NCBI GenBank assembly: GCA_028023455.1
Contig: JAQFVV010000001.1
Coordinates: 2,232,001-2,296,000, forward strand
Length of the DNA stretch: 64,000 nt
Direction: 5' to 3'
From: Epiperipatus broadwayi
Taxonomy: Eukaryota > Animalia > Onychophora
Shown: piece after piece, positions 52,301-64,000 of the stretch
How positions within the stretch are numbered: position 1 is the first letter of the stretch
Layout: each line of letters opens with the position of its first letter
The notes under the pieces: generated by a model
The model's database searches: none
What the model was told of the DNA's origin: nothing
The model's input: only the letters and a program-made list of their open reading frames with translations
Program-made: the position numbers and the translations under genes

Positions 52301-53692
52301 AAAGAGAGCAGATATTGCACTTACTATGAATAACAGAATTTAAAAATATAAAGCAAGCTTCCCAATTGGATGGATAGAAAATGTTTCATCTTTAATACAG
52401 AAAGATATGAAAATGAGCTTATTGAAATCAATATTTCAATGGCAATGTTACATTAAAATTCATGAACATTTTAAAGAAACATTGACTTATCAAGGAATAA
52501 TATCAAAAACAATAATGTTACACCTCATCATTTGAAAAAAGTTAATCTTTTATATTATATATATTTTTAATTATAAAATAATTTTATAATTTGATTTGTA
52601 GTTGGCATTTTTGTAATAATAATAATGAGATATGCAGAAGAAAATATTATAACTGATATATGTATATTTTATTTATTTATAAATGGGAATTTATATATAC
52701 AAGACTTAAATATTAGTTTTATATGTATGTGTATATAAGATTTGAATATTAACTAAAATAATATTTTCTTAAATTATTAACCCATTATGTATGAGTAAAC
52801 TGCAAGTTCTTGATTTATTTTGTTTATTAGTGCCAAAGAAAGAATAAAGAAAATTTTCCCAGATTATCTCTATTGTTGGCAAGAAGGTTGCTATTTACCA
52901 TATGACTAAGATTGTCTTGTAAGCCCTACTCTGGAAATTGTTGCTATGGATTTCTATTTTTGTGTGTTTTATATAAAGTGTTAATTAATTGCTTTTTAAA
53001 CAAACTTCTGTTTAAAGAGTGATTCAAACCTCGTTGCTTATTTTAATGTATTCTTTACCATAAAAGTGCTTTCTGAATTCTCATGGTTCAAATAACAAAG
53101 CAGTATTTAATTTTAGATTCAATTGTATCTTACCAATGATATTAGTTTATATTGCGTATTAATTAAGTGAATAAAATAAAAATTGGATCATTGATTGGGG
53201 AAAGCTTTGGATCACTATCTCATTCATATATTTTTATTTGTCAGTGCCCAGGCAAAAATAATATCATGATTATTATTTCTGAATAATAATATAGTGACAT
53301 TACAGAATTAAAACAGATGTTTAAATCTCCATAATATTTAATGTTTTTGAATTCACTTATTTGGGAAAAAGAATATTAAGAATTTATAGTTAAGTAGGGG
53401 GAAGGGATCTTAAATTTAATTTAAGGAGAATGTGTATGATTTGATCTTGGAGGAATCTGCACTATATATCTTTAGGGTTAGTCACTTTAGAGGACACTCT
53501 TGCTTTCTTTCCTTCATTACTTGCATTCATCATAACTATTTATTATTTGTTTGTTCTAAGGACTTACAAAATTAGTTTGCCATCATAACTATAGAGGATT
53601 TGAACTCAGATTTTCAAGCACCCTCCATCTATCCACACTATCTCATACAACAGATACACATGCCCACATACATGTAGAAAAGATAAATAATC

Positions 53693-53736
53693 ACCAATAT
53701 ACATATTTTGTCCTAAACCAGCAGTCAGCAGTTGGT
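53693..53736 (-). ncRNA. Decayed type-I hammerhead, family 4
   Basis: Reverse complement reads ACCAA-CUGCUGA-CUGCU gguuu AGGAC-AAAA UAUGUAUA-UUGGU, with a perfect 5-bp stem I. Confidence 0.5.
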
Positions 53737-53827
53737 CCAGATTATCATCTCTCCCACACACACACACACACACATATATATATAATCAGTGCTCAGTTAT
53801 ATATATGTGTGGGAGATGATAATCTGG

Positions 53828-53871
53828 ACCATCTCATGAGTGCTGGTTTAGCACAAAATATGTATATTGGT
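53828..53871 (+). ncRNA. Decayed type-I hammerhead, family 4
   Basis: ACCAU-CUCAUGA-GUGCU gguuu AGCAC-AAAA UAUGUAUA-UUGGU, with a perfect 5-bp stem II. Confidence 0.5.
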
Positions 53872-54945
53872 GATTATTTTTCTTTTCTACATGTGTGTTG
53901 TCATGTGTATCAGTTGTATGAGATAGTGTGGATAGATAGAGAATGCTTGAAAATCTGAGTTCAAATCCCCTATACTTACAATTAAGCTCCAGGTTTGTGA
54001 AGAGTGCTTAGTTTTCAAATATTTGCCATCATAAATAACTTTGTTAACTATTTGATTATGAATTTAGGTTAATCTTATAAATAAAATAATCTATCTTAGC
54101 ACATAATTAGATTTGTGTATAATGGGTGCTATTTTTCTTTCTCGATTTATTATAACCAAATTACCTTTTCTATTTTTTTTTTTGTCATTTATTTTTGTTG
54201 ATATTTTAATGTGTATAGTCTTTAAATTAAATTGTCGAATAGATATGTATAATTGTATATACATTTTAAAACAGCTCTACCTTTATGTATATAATGAACT
54301 GGGTAGTGTTATGTAAATCTTGAGGAAACAATCTTTCATGAACTTTAACTGTTTAATAAAATAATATTATGAAATATAACTGGTGAAACAATATTGTAAA
54401 ACTTTTATACAAAAAATATGATACAATTATTTTTTCCTTTCTTACTTTTTTTTCAATATTTCTTTTTTTAAATTTTTTTTAAATTTTTACATTTATGTTT
54501 TATAAAATCAGTTTTTTGGCTAGTATGTAAAGTTATTTAAATTTTTATTTTATATATATGTTTAAAATATATATTATGTAATGTTCACCACTATCCATGG
54601 ATTTTAATATCACTTCAAGGCAGCCTGATGACATTTGGGAAGGTATTATACAAAAATTATCTCAAAAATTTTCTAAAAGGTTGCAATATTCTTTGTCTTA
54701 ATTATTTATTAGTATATAACTGGGAATATAATATAATGAAGAACTACTATTAAACAAAGTGTTGAAATATTTTAGAAAAAAAAATTAGTACAGAAATTAT
54801 AGCAATATTACAAGATGATGTATGTTGTCCTATTTGTAATTCATTGATTGGCTTGTATAGTCATTCAATATACTTTTTTTTTATTTTCACCCTTTTTCTA
54901 GAATTAGTGATATATATATATTATACGGTCAGGCACACATGCTGT

Positions 54946-54948
<3 letters not shown>

Positions 54949-54986
<38 letters not shown>
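54949..54986. repeat. (TA)n microsatellite
   Basis: Direct reading. Confidence 0.98.
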
Positions 54987-54997
<11 letters not shown>

Positions 54998-55315
54998 ATC
55001 ATTGTCTTAATGCAAAATAGTTTAATCTTCAGTATGAAGTAATGGAAATTGAAGTAGTGGTCTACAATTGTTTTATGTGCAACTGATGTCTGCATATATT
55101 TTGATTTTTCCTACTGATCTATAGTAGTGGAATTGAACTTTTTGGATTCAGTGTACCACAGAAAGAAAATCAAATTTTTTTTAATACTACCATCCTTTAT
55201 AAAAAATTTCGACATCAAAATAAAAAAATAGATAGCAAATAAAAAATATTTATTTGAGTTTTTTGTAATCAAAATATAAAAGTTAAATATTTAATTTCTT
55301 TAAAAACAAAATATC

Positions 55316-55356
<41 letters not shown>
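55316..55356. repeat. (ATT)n microsatellite
   Basis: Direct reading. Confidence 0.98.
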
Positions 55357-55357
<1 letters not shown>

Positions 55358-56184
55358 TAGTATTTCCAAAATTATTCTATAAGAAAAAAACTATATAAAA
55401 AACAATCAAAATTTTATAAAAAACAACATTTTAATTAAAATTAATTTGTTTTGCAAAAGACAATTTTTTAATATTAGGCTCTATGTTATTTAGTTTTAAG
55501 TGTAAATTAGGTTTAAGGATTAATTTTTTTTTTTAAATATAATATTGTTGAAAATCTCTTGCATAAATAGCTGGTGCAAAATGGCATTAAAAATTCAATA
55601 ACTTTACCTGCATTTTTTTTTATATCGGTTTTAATTTATTTGAATAAATTATTTAAATATAATTTTCAATAATTGTATATTATTTGCATACCACCTGTAA
55701 GTCCATTGTGTATCAGCAATGGTACATATACCATAGATTTAGAATTGCTGATTAGAGATCCATTTGGTTGACTGTAATTTTAACTTTGATTTTTTTTTCA
55801 TTGTTTATTAATTGTTTTAATCCTGATTTTTGTCTATCTCAATGTTTGATTATCATTTCCCCTCAATATCCAAAAAGATATCTAGTAACTAACAAAATAT
55901 ATGGATTTTTAAATGCACATATACATTTAGTTTTCACAGAATTCAACCCTAATTTTTGTCCATTTTATAGTCTTTTAATGTATAACAGATATATGTTTTT
56001 ATTTTATACAATTTAGTTATAAATTTTGTTATTATACAATCTCTGGTCATTTAGTGAGAATTTTTTTTTGTTTTAATTTGATCACACCACAAAAATGTAT
56101 CTTTAACACACACATATATATATATATATTATAAATAAAATGTCTATTAATTAAAAACTATTGTAATAATAAAGTAATAAATAT

Positions 56185-57029
56185 AATGGTAATTAACTAT
56201 TATCTTTCAATCCACAGAAGTACTTTCAGTTAATTCCTTAATCCTCTTCAACTTCCATTAAATTGAAAAAACATAATTGAAGCAAACATCATCAATTCAA
56301 ATCCCATGACTCTCGAATGTTAACATTAACAGTTTGTCTATTAATTATATTTATTTTATTTCTATTTATTAAAATTGCCTCCTTAATTTTGTTTTATTAT
56401 GGTTTCTCTCTTCATGAAGAATCTTAAACACTTTTTAATATCAAACTTAAATTTATATTTACATGTCCTTTCATGATCCTGTTTTCCCCAACTGCTATTA
56501 AATTGAAAAAAACATAACAGAAGCAAATATCATCAACTCAAACCCCATGACTCCTGAATTTTAACATTAGCAACTTGTCTTTTAATTATATTCATTTTAT
56601 TTCTATTTATGAAAATTGCTTCCTTAATTTTGTTTTATTATGGTTTCTCTCTTCATAAAGAATCTTAACACTTTCAATATCAAATTTTTTTATTATGGTT
56701 TCTTTCTTCATAAAGAATCTTAACACTTTCAATATCAAACTTTGGACATGTAAATATAAATTTAAGTTTGATATTGAAAGTGTTAAGATTCTTCATGAAG
56801 AGAGAAACCATAATAAAACAAAACTAAGGAGGTAATTTTAATAAATAGAAATAAAATGAATATAATTAATAGACAAGCTGCTAATGTTAACATTTGGGAA
56901 TCATAGGATTTGAGTTGATGACGTTTGCTTTCATTATAATATTTCAATTTAATGGCAGTTGGGGAGGGATAAGGAATTAACCAAAAATACTTCTGCAGAT
57001 TGAAAGACTGTATATAATAGTTAATTATC

Positions 57030-57031
<2 letters not shown>
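56185..57031. repeat. Tandem-plus-inverted repeat array (two direct ~270-bp copies, a partial third, then one inverted copy)
   Basis: The unit starts at ~56185 and again at ~56478, with a partial copy at 56690-56742. 56743-57031 is the reverse complement of 56185-56468. Confidence 0.9.

Positions 57032-57115
<84 letters not shown>
57032..57115. repeat. (TA)n microsatellite
   Basis: Direct reading. Confidence 0.99.
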
Positions 57116-57117
<2 letters not shown>

Positions 57118-58217
57118 AATAAAATTTTTGCATTTTGTTATTTGTCATTTGTAATGCTATGATTAAGATAAAATATTTGAATATCATTTTTCCTAAATAT
57201 CTAAAAAGATATTTAGTATGACAAAAAAGATATCTAGGATGACAAAAAAGATATCTAGGAATGACAAAATCTATGGATTTTCAAGTACATTTACTACATA
57301 TATATTTTTTATTCACAACCCTTATGATTTAAATATTTGATAACTTTTTTCTAAGTTTTATTATTCAAGTGTCTACATTTAAATAATAAAATATTAAATT
57401 TATAGACAACTTTTTAAAAGTTATTATATTGGAAAGTATTAATATTTTCTGACTTCAGAATAAAATATAATCAGCTTCAAATTCATATTCTTCTCTGCTA
57501 CTTAAGAAATTAATAACTGTATATGACACAGTGCAAGGTTTGAGGTGGTTGAAGAATGGTAGATTCTGGAGTTTAAAATCCTTGGGTCATGCCCAGATCT
57601 ATTATTTCTGGTGAACAGACTTCTTATGAATTTTCAAATAATAAAGCCATTTGATTATAATTTTTAGTTTATTTTTACAGTACTTTATTGAATAATATTT
57701 GAAGCTTAAATTTTTTTGTAAAATAAATTTATTTCAAATTATAGAGATTTACAAGGAATTGTGTTAATAACTATCTATATTGTTATTATGCTGATTTATA
57801 TCTTATTAACATCCTTTTTCTATTGAGATTTATTATGTATGTTGGTCAAATGTGTCCATTAAATTTTGCTTATAAATTTGTAATATGCAGAGTTGTAATT
57901 TTTTTTCCTATTAGATGAATTTAATTTGTTTTTATTTTTATAATATTTGTTTTGTTTTGCAATGAATTTTTTAAAACAAGTTATTCAAACTTATGCTCTC
58001 TAGGCAGACACCATCTTCGTCAAGGACTGATCAGAAAGTTGAACTTAAATATTTAATTTTACAGTTAATTTGCATATTAAGCATCACATGATCACCATTC
58101 CCTATCCAAGTTTTTAAGACAGAGGAAAACTCTCCAAACAGTATTGCCACTCAGGGCAAACCAGAATAATCAATGAATACAATACTATTTGTGCATAAAA
58201 TCCCTATCTAGTGCCTA

Positions 58218-58259
58218 TTTCAAGACTAGTTTCTAGCTTGTAGCATTCATCAGTGAGGA
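58218..58259 (-). ncRNA. Family-1 hammerhead, partly decayed
   Basis: Reverse complement reads UCCUCA-CUGAUGA-AUGC uacaa GCUA-GAAAC UA GUC-UUGAAA. The core is intact but stem I is damaged. Confidence 0.6.
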
Positions 58260-58638
58260 GCCTGGGATCTGAGATCACTGCATCTAGATCTTAGGATCTA
58301 ATGCACCCCCCAGTATTTACCTTTTACCTTTTTATTTAACTATAAAGCTATGAGTTCAAAGTGGAAACACAATAATGTTTTCAATTTAATCTCATTCATT
58401 TATATAGTCATATAGATCCAAACCCAGCAATCTATACATTTTGATATCTTTTGTTCTTTAATAACCGTATTCACCATTACCCCACTAGGCATCATAATCT
58501 CACCATTCTCTATGCTTACCTAAGTTGTTAAAATAGAGGTAAAGCTCTCCAAACAATAGTGCCACCCAGGCCAGAATATTTAATAGATGCAATAAGATTT
58601 GTACATAAAACCCCTATCTAGTGCCTCTCACCCAATAA

Positions 58639-58679
58639 CCCCAGATTAGTTTCTAGCTTATAGTTTTTATCAGTGAGGA
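58639..58679 (-). ncRNA. Family-1 hammerhead, decayed core (CUGAUAA)
   Basis: Reverse complement reads UCCUCA-CUGAUAA-AAAC uauaa GCUA-GAAAC UA AUC-UGGGG. Confidence 0.5.
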
Positions 58680-58752
58680 ACTTTTAATGTGAGAGCTAGA
58701 GGGTTGCATTAAATCTTAAGATCTAGATGCAGTGCTTTCAGATTCAAGGATT

Positions 58753-58792
58753 TTTCACTGATGAAAGCCACAAGCTAGAAGCTAGTCTGAGA
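58753..58792 (+). ncRNA. Family-1 hammerhead, GAAA>GAAG
   Basis: UUUCA-CUGAUGA-AAGC cacaa GCUA-GAAGC UA GUC-UGAGA. Stems I and II still pair through substituted bases. Confidence 0.55.
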
Positions 58793-60800
58793 ATATTGGA
58801 TGAGCAGGCATTAGATAAGGATTTTATACATAAACTGTATTATATCCATTGATTAATCTGGCTTGCACTGGAGAGTTTTTGCCTCTGTTTTAATTTATAT
58901 ATTGTTACACTTTATTATAATGCAAATTAGAATTAGCTGTTTTAGTCTAATTCTCTTTTCTGCATATAATTATTTCTAGAGTGATTCAACATTGCCTGTA
59001 TTAATCAACTTTTATAGACATACACACGTATATGTATAACTGTTAATAAATACATAACTAGTCAGTACACAACAACTGTGTACTTTGTAACTTCTTATTA
59101 AAAAATATTTAAAATACTATTCTTTCCTTTTTAACATATCTCAACTTTTCTTACTTGGATTGAAAACTTGTGATGTTTTGGTTAAATAGCAAAAATGAGA
59201 ACTAAAGTTTTATGGATCAAAACTCATTCTGTTGCTTCCAGACCTCCACCATTAGACCTTCTGAGTGATAAACCTTTTGTTTATATATATTAAAAATGAT
59301 AAAGTTGGTCTATTCAGTTTAGTTGAGCGATGGCAGTGGCACATATAATAGTAGAAAGTTCCCGGATTGACTTCAACTGAATTAAAAAAAGAAAATCTCA
59401 ATTTGGTTAACTGAATGGAACTATTGGCTCAGCTAGTTGCATGCTTTCCAATTCATTTTATACTCGTAAGTTGGAAAGTAGATAATATATATACAATTTT
59501 TTTTTTTTAAAAAAGATTTTTTGAAATTGTGTATGTATAATATATATATACACACACACAAAGAACTAAAATTTTATTTTATAACTGTTCATTCATAAAT
59601 TCTTATCTCGGTAATGTTTGCAAATGAGATTTTTTTCTCCCTCTTTAATCTGTTTCTGATTTTATGAGGAAAAGAATACTTACTTTTTTAAATGCCAGAG
59701 GGTACATATTCTTTGAATTAAAAGTACAGGTGTGATCTTATTTTGATTTTTTGTGTATGTTTTAAAATGTAATTGGTTAATTAGCATTTTTTTTTTTAAA
59801 GTTTTATAATTGTTGCATGCAGTCCAATAATACCCTTAAGAATGATTACAAACACTGTAAGTAACATTTTAAAAAAGTTAAATTTATATTATATTTTTTA
59901 AAATTAGATAATTTAAACTAAATACAACTTTTTTAAAGTAAAAAATAAGTTTAATCATGAAAATTAAATTACTACAACAAAATATATTAAACATGTTCTT
60001 AAAAGAAATTGACAATTGTTACTGCCATATTTTTTTATACTTACACATTTGTCATCATCTCTTGCATATTTAGATATTGTATTAAAATTGTTTTGTGATT
60101 TGGGCTGAGGGAGGTTTTAAAATATGAATTTGTGAATGGGTTATCAGAATATTAAATTATTTGAAGATTTAGATGGGGGGGGGGCATTGACTATTAAACA
60201 AATTAAGAAAAAAGAATTGGATGTCTTTTTAAGGCTAAGAAACATACTTTTGTAAGAACGGTGTTGAGTAAAACTGCGTTGTACAAAAATAAAAGAATTG
60301 ACATATAAAATTAAAGAGGGACTTATCTATATTTTGAAAAGTACACGTGCAATACTTTTCTTATAGAAAATTAATATTTGTTTATTTTTCTTACATATAA
60401 ATTTGTTTGTCAAAAATAATTAAAGTTATTAGTAATGACATTATTTTTTAAAAGTACTGATGATAGCAGAACTCAATATTTGATAATAAATTATTCTTTT
60501 TAATAGCATGATTGAGTAATTAATTGTTTACATTGTAGCTTAAACTTTAAAAAAATAAAGAAACATAACAAAAAGTTTTGATTTCACAATTAATATTATT
60601 CAATTTTGATAAATTAGTGTAATTATTTTTACTTTGCTAGCAAATTGCAGAAATATTTGATATATTCCAAATATTGAATTACTACAGTTTAATTAATAGG
60701 TGTCAATCATGTTGCCCTCACAACTTTGACACAGATCACTTAACATTGAATTTCAAAAATCTTACAGTTTTCACTTTTGAGCAAAAAAACTTTTATTATT

Positions 60801-60840
60801 GATTACAGTTTCGACTGTACCATGCAGTCTTCATCAGATT
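60801..60840 (-). ncRNA. PLE-type minimal hammerhead, family 3
   Basis: Reverse complement reads AAU-CUGAUGA-A-GACUG cauggua CAGUC-GAAAC U GUA-AUC. Confidence 0.75.
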
Positions 60841-61399
60841 TACAAAATTTGAACACACATAAAAATACAACCATTAAAATACATTAATTATTTTATATAA
60901 AATTATTATATTTCTATCAAACTTTTAAATTTTTTTTTAAATATTTCCTAACCTTTTCAATTCATATAATATCTTTAACATATTTACCATCCTATTTTAT
61001 ATTCTTTTAAAATCTTTTATATCCTCTTTTTCTATAACATATACCTATACATATAACTTTAATACATATAATATTTACATTATAAAGTAATTTTAATTAC
61101 ACTAATCCAATTTTTTTTAAATCACTATCAATATAATCTTTATCCTTTATCTTTATAATGTAAATATTATATGTATTAAAGTTATATGTATAGGTATATG
61201 TTATAGAAAAAGAGGATAGAAAATATTTTAAAAGAATATAAAATAGGATGGTAAATATGTTAAAGATATTATATGAATTGAAAAGGTTAGGAAATATTTT
61301 TAAAAAAGTTTAAAATTTAAAAGTTTGATAGGAATTTATAATTATAAAATAATTAATGTATTTTAATGTTTGTATTATTATGTGTGTTCAAATTTTGTA

Positions 61400-61439
61400 G
61401 ATCTGATGAAGACTGCATGATACAGTTGAAACTGTAATC
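61400..61439 (+). ncRNA. PLE-type minimal hammerhead, family 3
   Basis: GAU-CUGAUGA-A-GACUG caugaua CAGUU-GAAAC U GUA-AUC. Confidence 0.75.
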
Positions 61440-61809
61440 AATAATAAAAGTTTTTTTTGCTGAAAAGTGAAGTGTAAGATTTTTGAAATTCAATATTATA
61501 TATGAAGACAGCTCAAACAAAGGAGGAAGAAAATAATTTAGAAGGACTATATAATGTAGTATATAAGATCATTTAATGAAAGTATACTAATAATTTTATT
61601 AGTCATTTATTAGACTAGAGATTGTCCAATAATGAATAATATTTCTGGAGTATACTTTTCATTACACCATTCATGCAAGTTAGGGATTAGTTTCTATCCA
61701 CTTTTAACAAAAAAACTATGACCAAAGACATGTAAAAAGATCTATCTTGCATGAAAATAGTATAGTGAAAATTGCATTATAGAAATTCCAAATATTGAAA
61801 CTTGCAAAC

Positions 61810-61875
61810 AATAATAATAATGATGATGATAATAATAACAATGATAATAATAATAATTATAATAATAATAATTGA

Positions 61876-61913
<38 letters not shown>

Positions 61914-61938
61914 TAATAATAATAATTATTATTATTAT
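61810..61938. repeat. Imperfect (AAT)n/(GAT)n microsatellite
   Basis: Direct reading. Confidence 0.97.
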
Positions 61939-64000
61939 TTTGAAATATATATGTATTAATTAATTCAGTAAAGAAGAAATTTGACAGAGTGAGATTTATT
62001 ATTTCTTTAATAAAAAGCATGATGGAAAATATAAAACACAATATTAAAAAAGATGGTAAATAAAAAAACTAACTAGTTTTTCAAATTAGCCTGAAATTTC
62101 TAGCAGGTCATGTTTTATTTATTTCTCAATTACGTTTATTTACATGGTTATCTTTTGTTATTTTTTTTTTAAAATTAGAGGTGATTAAAATTAAATCTCA
62201 TTTCTGCTAGAGTACAGTTTTTTAAAAAAATTACAACATTGTTAGTAATAAAGCAATTTAAACTATTAACCAGAAATTTATAATTACAAAAGTTAAATTT
62301 ATCCATAAGTTAAATAGATAATAAGAAGCATGTTTAAGTCTTAATTATAATAAAGGTAATAGTATTAACTGAAATACTTGTTATTTAAAAACTTTTATTA
62401 TTCCAAACCAAAATTTCAAAGGTGATCTTTAATATTTTAAAACAAATAAATTAATTTATACATATATTTACAAACAAAATTAAAGTAAAGTAAATATCCC
62501 AAATATTTTTTTCAATCTTAGCAAAGTTTAGCTTTACAATGAAGGGGTAAAAGTTAAATTCTCAAAGGCTGAAAAATTCACAACTCCATAGAAATTCTGA
62601 AAGCAAGAATTTTGGATTAATAGTGTTTTACCCATATATTGAAATAGGCGAAAAGATAATCAAATATAACTTACCAATATAAATAAACTATTTTTTTTTA
62701 TTTTGTTGATATAACATAATATATAGTCCATTTTTTTGTAAAACATTATACTTTGATACAATTGAAATTTTTAAAATTTCAATTCAAAAGGTCATCTAAT
62801 AAGATTAGCTTTATATATTTGAAAATTTATAATCATTGAACTCATATCAGAAGAAAGCAAATTTATCATTATTAAATACATTAAATTACTTTTCATAAAT
62901 ATTACATAGAATTGTAAATAAACTTATATTTAATGAAATAAAAATATGAATATTAATTTTTTTATTATAGTCTTTCATTTTTTTAACCGTTTCTTTAATA
63001 TAATTAATTTGTACAAATTTAAAATGTTATTAAGTAAAATATAGAAATGTTAAGCCATTATTTTTTTAATTTGTTTTCAGATTCTCCATTATATATTCTT
63101 AGACACAATGAGCACTATATACAATATTATATATGATTTATTTTAATTGTTCATGTTTAAACCTATACTGCCCGTTTTATTATAAGAGATTAAAGTAAAT
63201 TATTTTTTAATATATCTATATTTAATAATTTCCCATTAATTTCATATTTTCAAAATACTTTATAACATAATGATATGTATTTAATAAATTATATCATTTT
63301 AATCATTATTAATTTCTGTTTTAAAAGTTAATAAAAGTAGCTTTTGTATGTTATTAGAGCTGATTGATGTAGAAAAATATGTATTCTAGCAAGTAAATGC
63401 TAGATAGAAAGAATACATTTAATTTTATCATTTATAATAGTATATCTGCAACTCACTAATATAAAAGCTTCATGGAATATTTAGAAATATTCATGGCTCC
63501 TGGAAAAAAATATTCTTAATAGAGGTGCTGCTATTATAAAATTTTATTGTATTAATATTTAGTTTATTTAAGTAATTTTCATCATTCATGTTTTCATTAT
63601 AATATTAAAAAATCCTTTAAAAATTACAAATATTATAAGGTCTTAAAATATGAAACAGAACTCATTAATAGTAATTAGAACAAAAAAGGAGAGATTTTTA
63701 ATAACAATTTAATGTGATAGATGTGTTTGAATATTGCTACCAAAAACTCAATAGTGAATGATTTTTTTCCAATGTTTCTATTGATAAACAAAATTTATGT
63801 TTATTTTTAATTAATAATAGTGAAGAAAATATAGTTTCACAAAGATATGTGAATGCAAATGTAACCAGGATATTTAAGACTGTATTTATCAATAAAACAA
63901 ATATTTTTTGTTGTTTAGTCTAAAATTCTGACAAATCATTATTGCAATATGCCAATTCAAGAGCTGAATCTACTCTAAAGTAAATTAGTTTTTGAGATGA

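Larger units (their letters stand above)
53590..53974. repeat. Fold-back of a SINE/retrozyme-like unit (family-4 HHR + Pol III B-box)
   Basis: Arms 53590-53785 and 53798-53974 with a spacer of about 12 nt. B-box GTTCAAATC lies near the outer ends and (CA)n at the inner end of the left arm. Confidence 0.85.
58082..58893. mobile_element. Second family-1 HHR repeat array (two minus copies, one plus copy), older and more diverged
   Basis: Copies at ~58082-58470 (-), ~58490-58690 (-) and ~58695-58893 (+) are homologous to 5294-6304. Confidence 0.85.
60743..61497. repeat. Fold-back (inverted pLTR-like) repeat carrying family-3 HHRs
   Basis: ~345-bp arms 60743-61087 and 61151-61497 with a ~63-bp spacer. 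The inner parts are nearly identical. Confidence 0.92.

Noticed and set aside
52700-53500. Further PLE RT remnant on the + strand (IISIVG...)
   Set aside because: No readable motif A or YxDD; too decayed to support.
54597-54900. LITAF/VWC-like DDVCCPICNSLIG
   Set aside because: It needs an assumed intron or frameshift and has no flanking domain support.
56783-57187. Longest ORF in the track (134 aa) and ORF 61742-62041
   Set aside because: These are read-throughs of (TA)n and (AAT)n microsatellites (YIYI..., YYYY...).
59664-59856. Two-exon gene start (MRKRILTF...|SNNTLK...)
   Set aside because: The splice sites are plausible, but no in-frame continuation was found at the next acceptor (63081).
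1-64000. Most F/L/I-rich ORFs in the supplied track
   Set aside because: They are antisense frames of LINE/PLE remnants or AT-drift, with no motifs.

Overview
Very AT-rich, CpG-poor sequence that looks metazoan (invertebrate-like). It is mostly intronic or intergenic and packed with decayed transposons. Supported content: two minus-strand RTE-clade LINEs (~15.5-18.3 kb, ~24.3-26.7 kb); a 4.85-kb Buster-type hAT transposon with perfect TIRs and an 8-bp TSD (35872-40723) carrying a nested MITE; several Penelope-like element (PLE) RT/GIY-YIG remnants; microsatellites and fold-back repeats. The main result is 14 minimal type-I hammerhead ribozyme (HHR) motifs, intact or decayed, in four sequence families. 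Family 1 is a ~420-440-bp retrozyme-like unit present 7 times in tandem/inverted arrays. Family 4 is hidden in a SINE-like fold-back and only becomes readable after undoing CpG decay. The sequence just downstream of the first HHR array is homologous to the end of an unidentified 3.5-kb segment bounded by (TA)n arrays. A few phase-compatible spliced exons suggest a host gene on the + strand, but I cannot name it. No rRNA, intact tRNA or CRISPR seen. All protein-family calls come from by-eye motif matching, not database searches.
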